Of a stretch of DNA of 64,000 nt, positions 10,763 to 19,516 are shown one piece after another. Both the position numbers and the translations under genes were made by a program. Source of the stretch: Longimicrobiales bacterium (lineage in GTDB: Bacteria > Gemmatimonadota > Gemmatimonadetes > Longimicrobiales > Gaopeijiaceae); the NCBI GenBank assembly GCA_041690395.1, contig JAWLHJ010000002.1:1-64000 (forward strand), given 5' to 3'. The notes under the pieces are model-generated. The model did not search any database, had not been told where the DNA came from, and saw only the letters and a list, made by a program, of their open reading frames with translations. The first letter of the stretch is position 1. Each line of letters opens with the position of its first letter.

Positions 10763-12745
10763 TCACCCCACCACGTCCACCGCCCCCAGCACTCCGTCCG
10801 GGATCCCCCACCCGTCCACGAGCACCCGCGCATGCTCCCGCAGCTCCCCGCACAGCGCCCCCACCTCCGCCCGAATCGCCCGACTCTTCGGCGACTCCAC
10901 ATACCCCGCCTCGAGGAACCACGCCCGGTCCGCCTCCATGCGCTCGAGCGCGTAGAGCCGGGCCACGTCGGCCAGGAGCGGACGCACGTCGTCCGGCGCC
11001 TCCGCAACCCCGTCCAGGAACGCCCGGAGCGTGATCCACTCGGTATGCGCCACCGCCAGCGTCTCCAGGTGGTCCTGCACCCGGTTGAACGCCTCGAAGG
11101 GGTCCACGCCGTCGTCGAGTAGTCCCTTCATGCGGCGGGCCGCCGACTCCAGCAGCCGCTCCGCACGGTACTCGAACGCCTGGAGGTGGTACTCGGGATC
11201 ACGAAGGTGGTCGGAGTCCGTCCGGCGGGTAGCCACCGGATTCCGCTCCCGCACCCGCGTGCCGGCGCGGTCGGCCACGTAGCGCACGATATCCAGCACG
11301 GACAGGTCGCCCATCTCCTCGCGGTATTGGATGAGCAGACTCTTCGCCACGAGCTGGAGTAACACCGGGTTCGCCCCTTCGAACGTGGCGAAGACGTCGG
11401 TGTCGGCACGCAGGCGCCCGATCCTGTTTTCCGCGTGATACCCGCGGCCACCCATGGCCTCCCTGGACTCCTGCAGCGCACGGGCGGCATGCCACGATGC
11501 GAGGGCCTTGAGCCCGGCCGCCCGGGCCTCGACCTCGCGGAGGGCCTCGTCAGAGCGACCCTCCGGACGGCTCCCCGGCTCAGCCGGCGCTTCTCCGGCA
11601 GCGTCCGCCGCCGGACCGTCCGCATCAGCGCCCGTCCCCCCATGCCCGGGCCGGTCCCCCGCCCTCCCCTTCACCACCGCCGCGTACCGCTCCGCCAGAT
11701 CCCGCACCGCGAAGTGCAGCGCATACGTCTCCGCCACGCGCGGCAGAAGACGCCGCTGATGACTGGGATAGTCCAGGATCGGCACCTCCGGCCCGTCATC
11801 CGGCCCGAACTGCCGCCGCTCCTCCGAATACCGTACCGCCACCGCGAGCCCGACCTTCGCCGCGCTCACCGACGCCGCCGCAATCGAGATGCGCCCGGCC
11901 ACCAGGGTCCCGAGCATGGTGAAGAAGCGCCGCCCGGCGCTGTCGATGGGGCTCTCGTAGCGCCCGTCCTCGGTGACGGTGGCGAACCGGTCGAGCAGGT
12001 TCTCCCGCGGCACCCACACCTCGTCGAACCAGATGCGGCCGTTGTCCACGCCGTTCAGACCGACCTTCGGCCCGTTGTCCTCGATGCGGATGCCGGGCAG
12101 GAGCGCCCCGTCCTCGTCCCGAATCGGGACCACCAGGGCATGCACGCCGTGGTCCTCGCCCCCTACGGAAAGCTGGGTGAACACCGTGGCCATCCGCCCG
12201 TGCAGCGCGGCGTTCCCGATCCACTCCTTCCCCGCCCCCTCGTGCGGCGTCCGGAGCACGAAGGCCCCGGCCTCGTCGTTCCACGTGGCGGTGGTCTCGA
12301 GACCGCGCACGTTCGAGCCGTGCCCGATCTCCGTCATGGCGTAACAACCGGGCAGCTCGAGAGCGCCGATCTTCCCGAGCCAGCGCTCGTGATGCTTCTC
12401 GGTCCCGAGCTGGTAGACGCTCCCACCCCAGAGCCCGAACTGCACGCCGAACTTCACGAGGATGGAGCTGTCACCGAAGGCGAGGGTCTCGAAGACCGCG
12501 ATGGCTCGGCCGGGGGCGCCCCGTCCGCCGTATGCCTCCGGGTAGGCGAGGCTTCCGAGGCCTTCGTCCGCGAGAACCTGCAACGCCTCGAGCACTCGGG
12601 TGCGGTGCTCGGCGCGCTCGATCTCGAGGGGGATATGGAACGATGGAGTCTGGAGGAGCTCGAGCACCTTCCGTCGAACGTCGGCATGGGGCCCGGCGAG
12701 GTAGGCGCGGAGCGCGTCCGGGATCCTTCTCGTGGCTGGGTTCAT
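10763..12745 (-). CDS. Acyl-CoA oxidase / acyl-CoA dehydrogenase family protein
   Basis: KFGVQFGLWGG, GCYAMTEIGHGSNV, KEWIGNAA, GLNGVDNGRIWF, REAMGGRGY, TFEGAN, plus an ACOX-like C-terminal domain. Confidence 0.9.
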   Translation of the reverse strand: MNPATRRIPDALRAYLAGPHADVRRKVLELLQTPSFHIPLEIERAEHRTRVLEALQVLADEGLGSLAYPEAYGGRGAPGRAIAVFETLAFGDSSILVKFGVQFGLWGGSVYQLGTEKHHERWLGKIGALELPGCYAMTEIGHGSNVRGLETTATWNDEAGAFVLRTPHEGAGKEWIGNAALHGRMATVFTQLSVGGEDHGVHALVVPIRDEDGALLPGIRIEDNGPKVGLNGVDNGRIWFDEVWVPRENLLDRFATVTEDGRYESPIDSAGRRFFTMLGTLVAGRISIAAASVSAAKVGLAVAVRYSEERRQFGPDDGPEVPILDYPSHQRRLLPRVAETYALHFAVRDLAERYAAVVKGRAGDRPGHGGTGADADGPAADAAGEAPAEPGSRPEGRSDEALREVEARAAGLKALASWHAARALQESREAMGGRGYHAENRIGRLRADTDVFATFEGANPVLLQLVAKSLLIQYREEMGDLSVLDIVRYVADRAGTRVRERNPVATRRTDSDHLRDPEYHLQAFEYRAERLLESAARRMKGLLDDGVDPFEAFNRVQDHLETLAVAHTEWITLRAFLDGVAEAPDDVRPLLADVARLYALERMEADRAWFLEAGYVESPKSRAIRAEVGALCGELREHARVLVDGWGIPDGVLGAVDVVG

Positions 12746-12792
12746 GCTCTACTCTACCCACGAGCGGCTCGTGGTGCATGTTCCCGCCGCCG

Positions 12793-13347
12793 TCACCCGG
12801 CATCGCGCGTCTTCCCGACGCCCATCTCCTGTTCACAGTCGGGGCACATCCCGTGGGTCACCAGGGATCCGCTCTGCTCAGCGACGTAGCTCTCGATCCC
12901 CTGCCAATAGCCGCGGTCGTCTCGAACCCTCCGACACCATGAGCAGACCGGTACCAGCGCTCGCAGGGCCCTGGCCTCCTCCTCCGCCAACCGTCGAGCC
13001 ATGACGTTCTTCGTCACGATCGCCACATCCACCACGATTCCATCGCGAATCAGGGGGATCATGCTCCCTTCATGCCATTCCGGGTCCCCGTCTGCGACCA
13101 GGATCCGGATCTCGTCCGAGGCGGGCTCCCCCGAGCTGATGACCTTACCGAACATCTCCGCCTGCGCCTCCCGAAAGCTCGGCTCGACGAAGTCGAGGAA
13201 GTCGTGACCGACCGGGTCGTGGACCTCATAGCCTTCAGCCGCCCGGTTGAGGTACCGGATGCGGCGGTCCGTGCCGACGAGTACTACCAGGTCCGGCAGC
13301 ACGCTCAGAAGCGTCCGAAGCTCCTCGACTCCTACCTCACTCGACAT
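12793..13347 (-). CDS. PAS-domain protein with C-terminal CxxC...HGxCxxC putative zinc-binding domain
   Basis: PAS (LPDLVVLVGTDRRIRYLNRA...VGHDFLDFV), then LVPVCSWCRRVRDDRGYW...THGMCPDC. Confidence 0.8.
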   Translation of the reverse strand: MSSEVGVEELRTLLSVLPDLVVLVGTDRRIRYLNRAAEGYEVHDPVGHDFLDFVEPSFREAQAEMFGKVISSGEPASDEIRILVADGDPEWHEGSMIPLIRDGIVVDVAIVTKNVMARRLAEEEARALRALVPVCSWCRRVRDDRGYWQGIESYVAEQSGSLVTHGMCPDCEQEMGVGKTRDAG

Positions 13348-13393
13348 GCCGTGCTCCTTGTCCGTTGGGGATGGACAGGCATCATGGGACCGC

Positions 13394-14146
13394 CTACTGC
13401 TGCTGCGCAGCCCTCACCCAGGGCCCATCCTGCAGCCACCGCGGGTCGTTCGGCGAGTAGATGAAGACGACCCCGCCGTCGGCGATCAACGGCAGAAGAC
13501 GCTCGGCTCGCTCGGGCTCCATGGCGGGGCACCCCTCACTCCGGCCTGCGGAGGTCGCGGTCACGTAGGGGGCGCCGTGCGCTACGATCCCCCGGACGCG
13601 CGCCTGGTCGTTGAACGCCCCCGACTCGCCCCGCAGACGAAGCCCGACGGAGGTGTAGCGGCGGCCGTTTGCCTTGCCCCGGAACGCATAGATCTCCTCG
13701 GCCAGATAGAGCCCGAGCGACGACTGGTTGCTGCCGGGTGCGTTCGAGAACCGTGTGGGGACCGCGTCGCGGGTGGCTGAAGACCCGCTCCCGTGTGCGA
13801 CGGCGAACGGACCGTCCACCACCTCCAGGCGATCCATGTCGAAGACGTAGCCACGCGGCGTACGATTGTCCAACCCGAGATCGACGAAGTACAGGTAGGG
13901 CTTCCGGACCGATTCGGGCCGCTCGGCCCGGTAGATGTAGTACGCCTCGATCGCGAGCCGGAGAGCCTGCGGATCGCTGGTGGACATCACATGCGTGGAG
14001 AGGGCCCGGACGGCGTCGTCGGGATCGGGCGCCTCTGGAGGCAGGCTGGGGGAGGCGCCCACGGGCATCGAGAGGATGAGCAGGGCCGGGATACAGGCTA
14101 CGAAGCGGAGACACGCCGAATGGCGCGTGCCACGAGACTCTCGCAA
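13394..14146 (-). CDS. Murein L,D-transpeptidase catalytic-domain family protein (YkuD_2-like)
   Basis: Signal peptide; VAHGSGS, FSNAPGSNQSSLGLY, LRLRG, RGIVAHGAPYV, GRSEGCPA (His/Cys pair). Confidence 0.85.
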   Translation of the reverse strand: MRESRGTRHSACLRFVACIPALLILSMPVGASPSLPPEAPDPDDAVRALSTHVMSTSDPQALRLAIEAYYIYRAERPESVRKPYLYFVDLGLDNRTPRGYVFDMDRLEVVDGPFAVAHGSGSSATRDAVPTRFSNAPGSNQSSLGLYLAEEIYAFRGKANGRRYTSVGLRLRGESGAFNDQARVRGIVAHGAPYVTATSAGRSEGCPAMEPERAERLLPLIADGGVVFIYSPNDPRWLQDGPWVRAAQQQ

Positions 14147-14209
14147 GACGCTTCCTCCGTCACATGCTTGGGAATACCGAGCAGCTCCGGGGAGCCGACA
14201 CCCCTCCGC

Positions 14210-14236
14210 CTACAGTTCGGAGCACCCGGGAGTTCC
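14210..14236 (-). promoter_or_regulatory. Putative ECF-sigma promoter
   Basis: Minus strand GGAAC-N17-TGTAG upstream of the L,D-transpeptidase at 13394-14146. Confidence 0.45.
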
Positions 14237-14259
14237 CCGGCCCGCCTCCTCCTGGCGGC

Positions 14260-15891
14260 TCAGCGTCCGTCGTCCGTGTCGAGCCCCGCCAGGATCGCGG
14301 CGTCACGACGGTACACGTCGCGGTAGAAGTGCAGCTCGCCGTGCAGGTCGACCGACGCCGTCCAGTAGAGCACGTAGACGGGCATCGGCTCGTCGAGGGG
14401 GATCGTCCGAGTGACGCCCTCGTCGATCGCGGTACGCAGGGTCTCGGGGTTCCATCGCTCTGGATCCCCGAGGACCACCTCCGCCAGGCCGAGCGGGTTC
14501 TGGACACGGATGCACCCGTGACTGAACAACCGCTCCTCCTGGGCGAAGAGCCCCCGCGACGGCGTATCGTGCAGATAGACGCTGTGCTCGTTCGGGAACA
14601 TCAGCTTGATCTCGCCGAGAGGGTTGGTCGGCCCCGGGTCCTGCCGAAACACGTAGGGGAACGTGGGCCCCGTGAATCGGGAGAAATCGATCTCCGAGGG
14701 ATCCACCTCGCGGCCGGACCCGTCGAGGACGCGTATCCCCTGACGCTCGAGGTAGGTGGAGTCCTCCCGCAGGGCGTCGAGCACCTCTCCGTTCACGCTC
14801 GCGGGGACGGTCCAGGTGGGGCTCAGGTCGACGTAGAGCATGGGCGCCGAGAAGAGGGGCGTCCGTGTGTAATCCGTGCCGACGATGCCCCGCGTCTCGA
14901 AGGCCACGGAGTCCCTGTTGAGGACATAGACACGAGCCCCGGCGACGTTCACCGCGACGAACGTGTCCGGAAGTTGATGGGCCACCCAACGGGCCCGCTC
15001 CAGGTTCACGCGGAGCTGGTCGATGCGTCGCTCCATCGGGACGTTCAGCGCGGAGCGCGTGGCGGCCCCTACCATGCCGTCCTCGTTGAGGCCGTGCCGA
15101 TGCTGGAACGACGTTACCGCGGCCTCGAGCATCGCGTCGAAGCGCAGGGTGTCGGGGCCCTCTCCCGCCGCGAAGGGGGGCATCAGCCCCAGCCGCCGAC
15201 GAAGCGCCGGCACACGGACGTCGGTGCTGTCCCGCCGCAGGGTGGGGCCGCCGGGGATCGTCTCCCAGGCGCCGGCCGCCGCGCTACCACGCAGGTCGGC
15301 GAGCGCCGCCACGAGCCCCTGGTAGACGAAGTGCCCAGGAGCAAGCCCGGCCAGCGCTTCCTCCACGCGCCCCGAGGAGACGACGCCCACGAGGCTGTCC
15401 AGCGCGTCGGGGCCACCGAAGGGCCACGAGGCGTCGACTCCCGAGGATGGACCCTCCGGCTCGACCTTCCCGAAGCGGAGGTGGTGGCTCAAGCGAACGA
15501 ACGCGTCCGTGCGCAGGAGGTCCAGGTCGGCCGCGCGGCCCGGCGAGGCCACGGCTCCGCCCGACACCGCCGACGGAGGGGCCGTACCGACTTCCGCCGA
15601 CAGCAACGAACGATGGTAGTGCTCCGAAACGAGCCCATGCAACTCGGCGGCTTCGATGGCACGCGCGAGTCCGTCGACCGCGGCCGGATGGGTCCAGAGG
15701 GGCCGGAAGCCACGGCGCTCGTAGACGTCCAGAAGGAGGGCGCGCCTCTCGATCCTGCGGCCCGCCACTCGGAGCTCACCGGTAGCGCGGAGCTGCTCCA
15801 CCCGCCACTTGATCTCGTCGGCGGTGCTCGGCGCGGCGACGTCCCCGCCTCCTGAGAAGAGGATGGACAGGGCGAAGGCGAGGCTCCACAT
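14260..15891 (-). CDS. L,D-transpeptidase, YcbB/LdtD-like (scaffold, PG-binding and YkuD domains)
   Basis: PG-binding FQHRHGLNEDGMVGAAT; QLRVNLERARW; RQDPGPTNPLGEIKLMFPN..VYLHDTP..LF....R.FSHGCIRV. ATG start MWSLAFALS with signal peptide. Confidence 0.92.
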   Translation of the reverse strand: MWSLAFALSILFSGGGDVAAPSTADEIKWRVEQLRATGELRVAGRRIERRALLLDVYERRGFRPLWTHPAAVDGLARAIEAAELHGLVSEHYHRSLLSAEVGTAPPSAVSGGAVASPGRAADLDLLRTDAFVRLSHHLRFGKVEPEGPSSGVDASWPFGGPDALDSLVGVVSSGRVEEALAGLAPGHFVYQGLVAALADLRGSAAAGAWETIPGGPTLRRDSTDVRVPALRRRLGLMPPFAAGEGPDTLRFDAMLEAAVTSFQHRHGLNEDGMVGAATRSALNVPMERRIDQLRVNLERARWVAHQLPDTFVAVNVAGARVYVLNRDSVAFETRGIVGTDYTRTPLFSAPMLYVDLSPTWTVPASVNGEVLDALREDSTYLERQGIRVLDGSGREVDPSEIDFSRFTGPTFPYVFRQDPGPTNPLGEIKLMFPNEHSVYLHDTPSRGLFAQEERLFSHGCIRVQNPLGLAEVVLGDPERWNPETLRTAIDEGVTRTIPLDEPMPVYVLYWTASVDLHGELHFYRDVYRRDAAILAGLDTDDGR

Positions 15892-15947
15892 GGATTCGGC
15901 TCGCGAGTAGTGGGACGAGGCGACGGATCGATCCGCCGTCACCCTTT

Positions 15948-15976
15948 CTACACCGCGGCGGCATCGCGGTTGCGGA
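15948..15976 (-). promoter_or_regulatory. Putative ECF-sigma promoter
   Basis: Minus strand TCCGCAAC-N16-TGTAG upstream of the YcbB-like gene. Confidence 0.45.
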
Positions 15977-16061
15977 GCCGAGCCCCCGGACCCATCGCGC
16001 GGATCCACGCGAGCACCCACCTTCCGACCTGCAGCGCCTTCCCCGCCCACACTCCGGACTC

Positions 16062-17483
16062 GTGACCAACGAACCGCTCGCCTCCGTAGGCCTCGTGCTC
16101 GCCGTGCTGATCGCCTACTCCGGCGGGCTCATGGCGCTCGCGCTCCTCGTGTCGCGCCGCGTCCAGGGAAGCGGCACGTTCTTCGTGGCCGATCGGAAGC
16201 TCGGTCCCGGCCTGATCTTCAGCACCTTCCTGGCCGCCAACATCGGCGCGGGCTCCATCATCGGCGCGTCGGGGCTGGGCTACCGGATCGGGCTCTCGGC
16301 CTGGTGGTGGGTCGGTTCCGCCGGGATCGGGTCGCTCCTGCTCGCCTTCTGGCTGGGTCCGCGGATCTGGCGGGTGGCGAAGGAGCACGGCCTCTACACG
16401 GCCGGCGATTACCTCGAGCACCGCTACGGCAGCCCGGTGCGGGCAGTGGTCGCCGTGCTGCTCTGGGCGCTGACGCTCGTCATCCTGGCGGCGCAGCTCA
16501 TCGCCATGTCCCAGATCCTGGAATGGGTCCTGGGGACACCGCGATGGACCGGAGCCGTGATCGGCGGGCTCGTGATGACCGCCTACTTCACCGCGGGCGG
16601 CCTGTTGACGTCCGCGTGGGTGAACCTCGTCCAGCTCGTCGTCCTCCTCACCGGCTTCGCGATCGCCGTGCCGATGGCGCTCGGCCGTGCGGGCGGATGG
16701 GACGCCGTGGTGGCAGCTGGTCCCGCCACCGCGGAGTACCTCGACTTCTGGGCGGCCTCGGGACTGGTCCTGGTCGTGCTCATCGTGCCGGCGTTCATCG
16801 TCTCGCCCGGCCTGCTGCAGAAGGCGTACGGTGCCCGGTCCGCACACGCGCTCCGCCTGGGCATCGGCCTCCAGGGCGTCGTGCTGATGGCGTTCGCGTT
16901 CGCCCCGCCGCTCATCGGGATGATCGCGCGGGTCTACGCACCCGACCTCGCGCAGCCCGAGCTCGCCGTCCCCACGGTGCTCACGCTGGGCCTCCCGCTC
17001 GCCCTCGGCGCCCTCGGCCTGGCGGCCGTCTTCTCCGCGGAGGTCAGCTCGGCGGACGCGATCCTGTTCATGCTCTCCACGTCGCTCTCCAAAGACATCT
17101 ACAAGCGGTACCTGGCCCCCGACGCCACGGACGCCCAGGTGCTCCAGGTCGCACGCATGGCGGCGGTCGCGGGTGGGGCGCTGGGGGTCGCGCTCGCGGT
17201 CGTGATCCCCTCCGTCATCGCGTCGCTCACGGTCTTCTACGCCGTCCTGAGCGTCAGCCTGTTCGTGCCGGTGGCGGCGGGGCTGCATACCCGCCGGGCG
17301 GGCACGCCCGAGGCGCTGGCCGCGATCGGAGCCGGGGTGGCCGTGCTCTTCGCCGCGCGCATCGCCGATCTCGCCACGAGGCACCCGCTCCTCGACCCGA
17401 CCCTGCTCGGCATCGTCGCCTCGGCGATCGCCTTTCTTCTTGTGTGGACGTCGCGGGGGGCCTACCGTCGGGCAGGACCCTGA
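16062..17483 (+). CDS. Sodium:solute symporter (SSF) family protein
   Basis: About 13 TM segments; FFVADRKLG, TFLAANIGAGSIIG, DYLEHRYG, YFTAGGLL, AAVFSAEVSSADA. Confidence 0.9.
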   Translation: MTNEPLASVGLVLAVLIAYSGGLMALALLVSRRVQGSGTFFVADRKLGPGLIFSTFLAANIGAGSIIGASGLGYRIGLSAWWWVGSAGIGSLLLAFWLGPRIWRVAKEHGLYTAGDYLEHRYGSPVRAVVAVLLWALTLVILAAQLIAMSQILEWVLGTPRWTGAVIGGLVMTAYFTAGGLLTSAWVNLVQLVVLLTGFAIAVPMALGRAGGWDAVVAAGPATAEYLDFWAASGLVLVVLIVPAFIVSPGLLQKAYGARSAHALRLGIGLQGVVLMAFAFAPPLIGMIARVYAPDLAQPELAVPTVLTLGLPLALGALGLAAVFSAEVSSADAILFMLSTSLSKDIYKRYLAPDATDAQVLQVARMAAVAGGALGVALAVVIPSVIASLTVFYAVLSVSLFVPVAAGLHTRRAGTPEALAAIGAGVAVLFAARIADLATRHPLLDPTLLGIVASAIAFLLVWTSRGAYRRAGP

Positions 17484-17497
17484 CCAGGAGGAAGACG

Positions 17498-18115
17498 ATG
17501 CTCGGACGTACGGGAGAGTCGGGAAGGCTCGCGGTCGCCGCCACGCTGACGCTGGCGGTTCTGGCCCCGGGATGCGCGCAGAACCTCCGCACGGAGTCGG
17601 GCGATACCGGCTTGCAGAGCTACCCCACCACGGTCCGTGTCACGGACAATGCGAACGCGGTCTACGGCGATCTGACGTACTACTTCGACGACAACATCGT
17701 CGTGAGCGAGATCCCGGCGACCCCGAACGACGCCTGGGCCCACCTGCTGACCGCGTATGAGGCGGTGGGGCTCGACCCGAGCATCCAGGACGTCGCGAGT
17801 CTCACGGTCGGCGTTCAGGAGGCACGGGTGCGGCGGTCGTTGGGCGACAACCAGATCAGCACCTACCTGAGCTGCGGCCGTGACATGACCGGGAACCTCG
17901 CGGACCGAGCCACGATCCGCATCTGGATGGTCACCAGGTTACGCGCCGTCGCGGACGACCGGACCGAAGTGCGCACGGAGCTCACGGCGAACGCGACGGA
18001 CAACGACGGGACGAGTCGCACCGTGCGACCCTGCTCGTCGAACCACCGTCTGGAGGCGTTCATCGCCAACCACGTGGCCGACGGTGTCTCGGGAGACGTG
18101 AACCCGGGCTCCTGA
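17498..18115 (+). CDS. Hypothetical lipoprotein
   Basis: AGGAGG RBS and ATG; lipobox LAPGC; host-like codon usage; two further Cys (LSCG, RPCSS). Confidence 0.75.
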   Translation: MLGRTGESGRLAVAATLTLAVLAPGCAQNLRTESGDTGLQSYPTTVRVTDNANAVYGDLTYYFDDNIVVSEIPATPNDAWAHLLTAYEAVGLDPSIQDVASLTVGVQEARVRRSLGDNQISTYLSCGRDMTGNLADRATIRIWMVTRLRAVADDRTEVRTELTANATDNDGTSRTVRPCSSNHRLEAFIANHVADGVSGDVNPGS

Positions 18116-18203
18116 TCGGCAGGGCGGAGGGGGAGGACTTTCGCGCCGGATTCCATAGATTCCGGGCGTTCGAGACACAGGTCCACGATCAACCCCCGAC
18201 ACC

Positions 18204-19238
18204 ATGCCGATCGCGACACCCGCGCAGTTCCGCAACATGCTCGACGCTGCCCAGGACGGCGGCTACGCCTTCCCGGCCATCAACTGCACGTCCATCATCA
18301 CGCTGAACGCGGCGATGAAGGGCTTCGCGGAGTCGAAGTCGGACGGGATCATCCAGTTCTCGACCGGCGCGGGACAGTTCGCCTCGGGGCTCGCCAACAA
18401 GGATGCCGCCTACGGTGCGATCGTGCTGGCCGAAGCAGCGCACCGGCTGGCCGAGCAGTACGACGTGCTCATCGCGCTGAACACGGACCACTGCCCGCCG
18501 AACCAGGCGGAGACGTTCCTGAAGCCGCTCATCGAGGCGACGGCGGAGCGACGGTCCCGAGGAGAGAACAACCTCTTCCAGAACCACATGCTCGACGCGT
18601 CGAACCTGCCGCTCGACGAGAACATCGCGCTGTCGAAGGAATACCTGGCGCTCTGCGCCGAGCACGAGATCGTCCTCGAGGTCGAGGCCGGTGTCGTGGG
18701 CGGCGAGGAGGACGGAGCGTCCGGCAGCGACGACACTCCTGTCGACAAGCTCTACACCACGCCCGAGGACATGCTCGCGGTCTTCGAGGCGCTCCTCGGT
18801 ATCGGCCGGTTCACCTTCGCCGCGACCTTCGGCAACGTGCACGGTCACTACAAGCCGGGCGCCGTGAAGCTCAAGCCCGAGATCCTCAGGGAAGGCCAGT
18901 CGGCGGTCATGAAGAAGCACGGGACGGATGCCGAGATGGACCTGGTCTTCCACGGCGGCAGCGGGAGCCTGCTGTCGGAGATCCGCGAGACCCTGGACTA
19001 CGGCGTCGTGAAGATGAACGTCGACACCGACACCCAGTACGCCTTCACGCGTCCCATCGCGGATCACGTGCTGAAGAACTACGACGCGGTCCTGAAGGTC
19101 GACGGCGAGGTCGGCAACAAGAAGATCTACGACCCGCGGTCGTACCTGAAGAAGGCCGAGGAGGGCATGTCGGAGCGCGTGAAGGTGGCGTGTTCCGACC
19201 TGCTCAGCGAGGGGCGGACCCTGTTCGGAAAGGTGTGA
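18204..19238 (+). CDS. fbaA: Class II fructose-bisphosphate aldolase
   Basis: YAFPAIN, NTDHC, HMLDAS, EVEAGVVGGEEDG, FGNVHGHYKPG, VFHGGSGS, GVVKMNVDTD, YDPR. Confidence 0.97.
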   Translation: MPIATPAQFRNMLDAAQDGGYAFPAINCTSIITLNAAMKGFAESKSDGIIQFSTGAGQFASGLANKDAAYGAIVLAEAAHRLAEQYDVLIALNTDHCPPNQAETFLKPLIEATAERRSRGENNLFQNHMLDASNLPLDENIALSKEYLALCAEHEIVLEVEAGVVGGEEDGASGSDDTPVDKLYTTPEDMLAVFEALLGIGRFTFAATFGNVHGHYKPGAVKLKPEILREGQSAVMKKHGTDAEMDLVFHGGSGSLLSEIRETLDYGVVKMNVDTDTQYAFTRPIADHVLKNYDAVLKVDGEVGNKKIYDPRSYLKKAEEGMSERVKVACSDLLSEGRTLFGKV

Positions 19239-19285
19239 GCCGGGGAGCCTGAGGGGGCGAAGGGGTCTCGGGGCCGACGGGCATC

Positions 19286-19463
19286 GGCGGAAACTTCACA
19301 ATCGTGTCGCGCGGCGGCGTCCCCGGGCGCTTTTCCCCCGCCAGGCGGCGTGAAAGTGCACGTTCGTCGACACCGGAGGAGCGCTCCGCGCACTTTTCCC
19401 CCGCTGAGCGGGGTGAACCCGCCAGGTCGCGCCTCCGTGCAGCACGATTGTGCGGTTTGCGCC
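19286..19463. repeat. Imperfect inverted doublet of a 77-bp REP-like unit
   Basis: 19286-19362 aligns without gaps to the reverse complement of 19387-19463 (55/77 identical by hand count, core CACAATCGTG/CACGATTGTG). Each arm has an internal hairpin CTTTTCCCCCGC-N3-GCGG.GTGAA. Confidence 0.8.
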
Positions 19464-19516
19464 AGTCGAGCGCGCCGGACCCGCCAGCCCGCCGGTCACG
19501 CCCGTTCACCCACGGC

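Noticed and set aside
19286..19463. Inverted repeat as an integron attC site or CRISPR repeat
   Set aside because: The ends (GGAAAC...GTTTGCG) do not fit RYYYAAC/GTTRRRY. There are only two inverted units with no spacers, and no integrase or cas genes.
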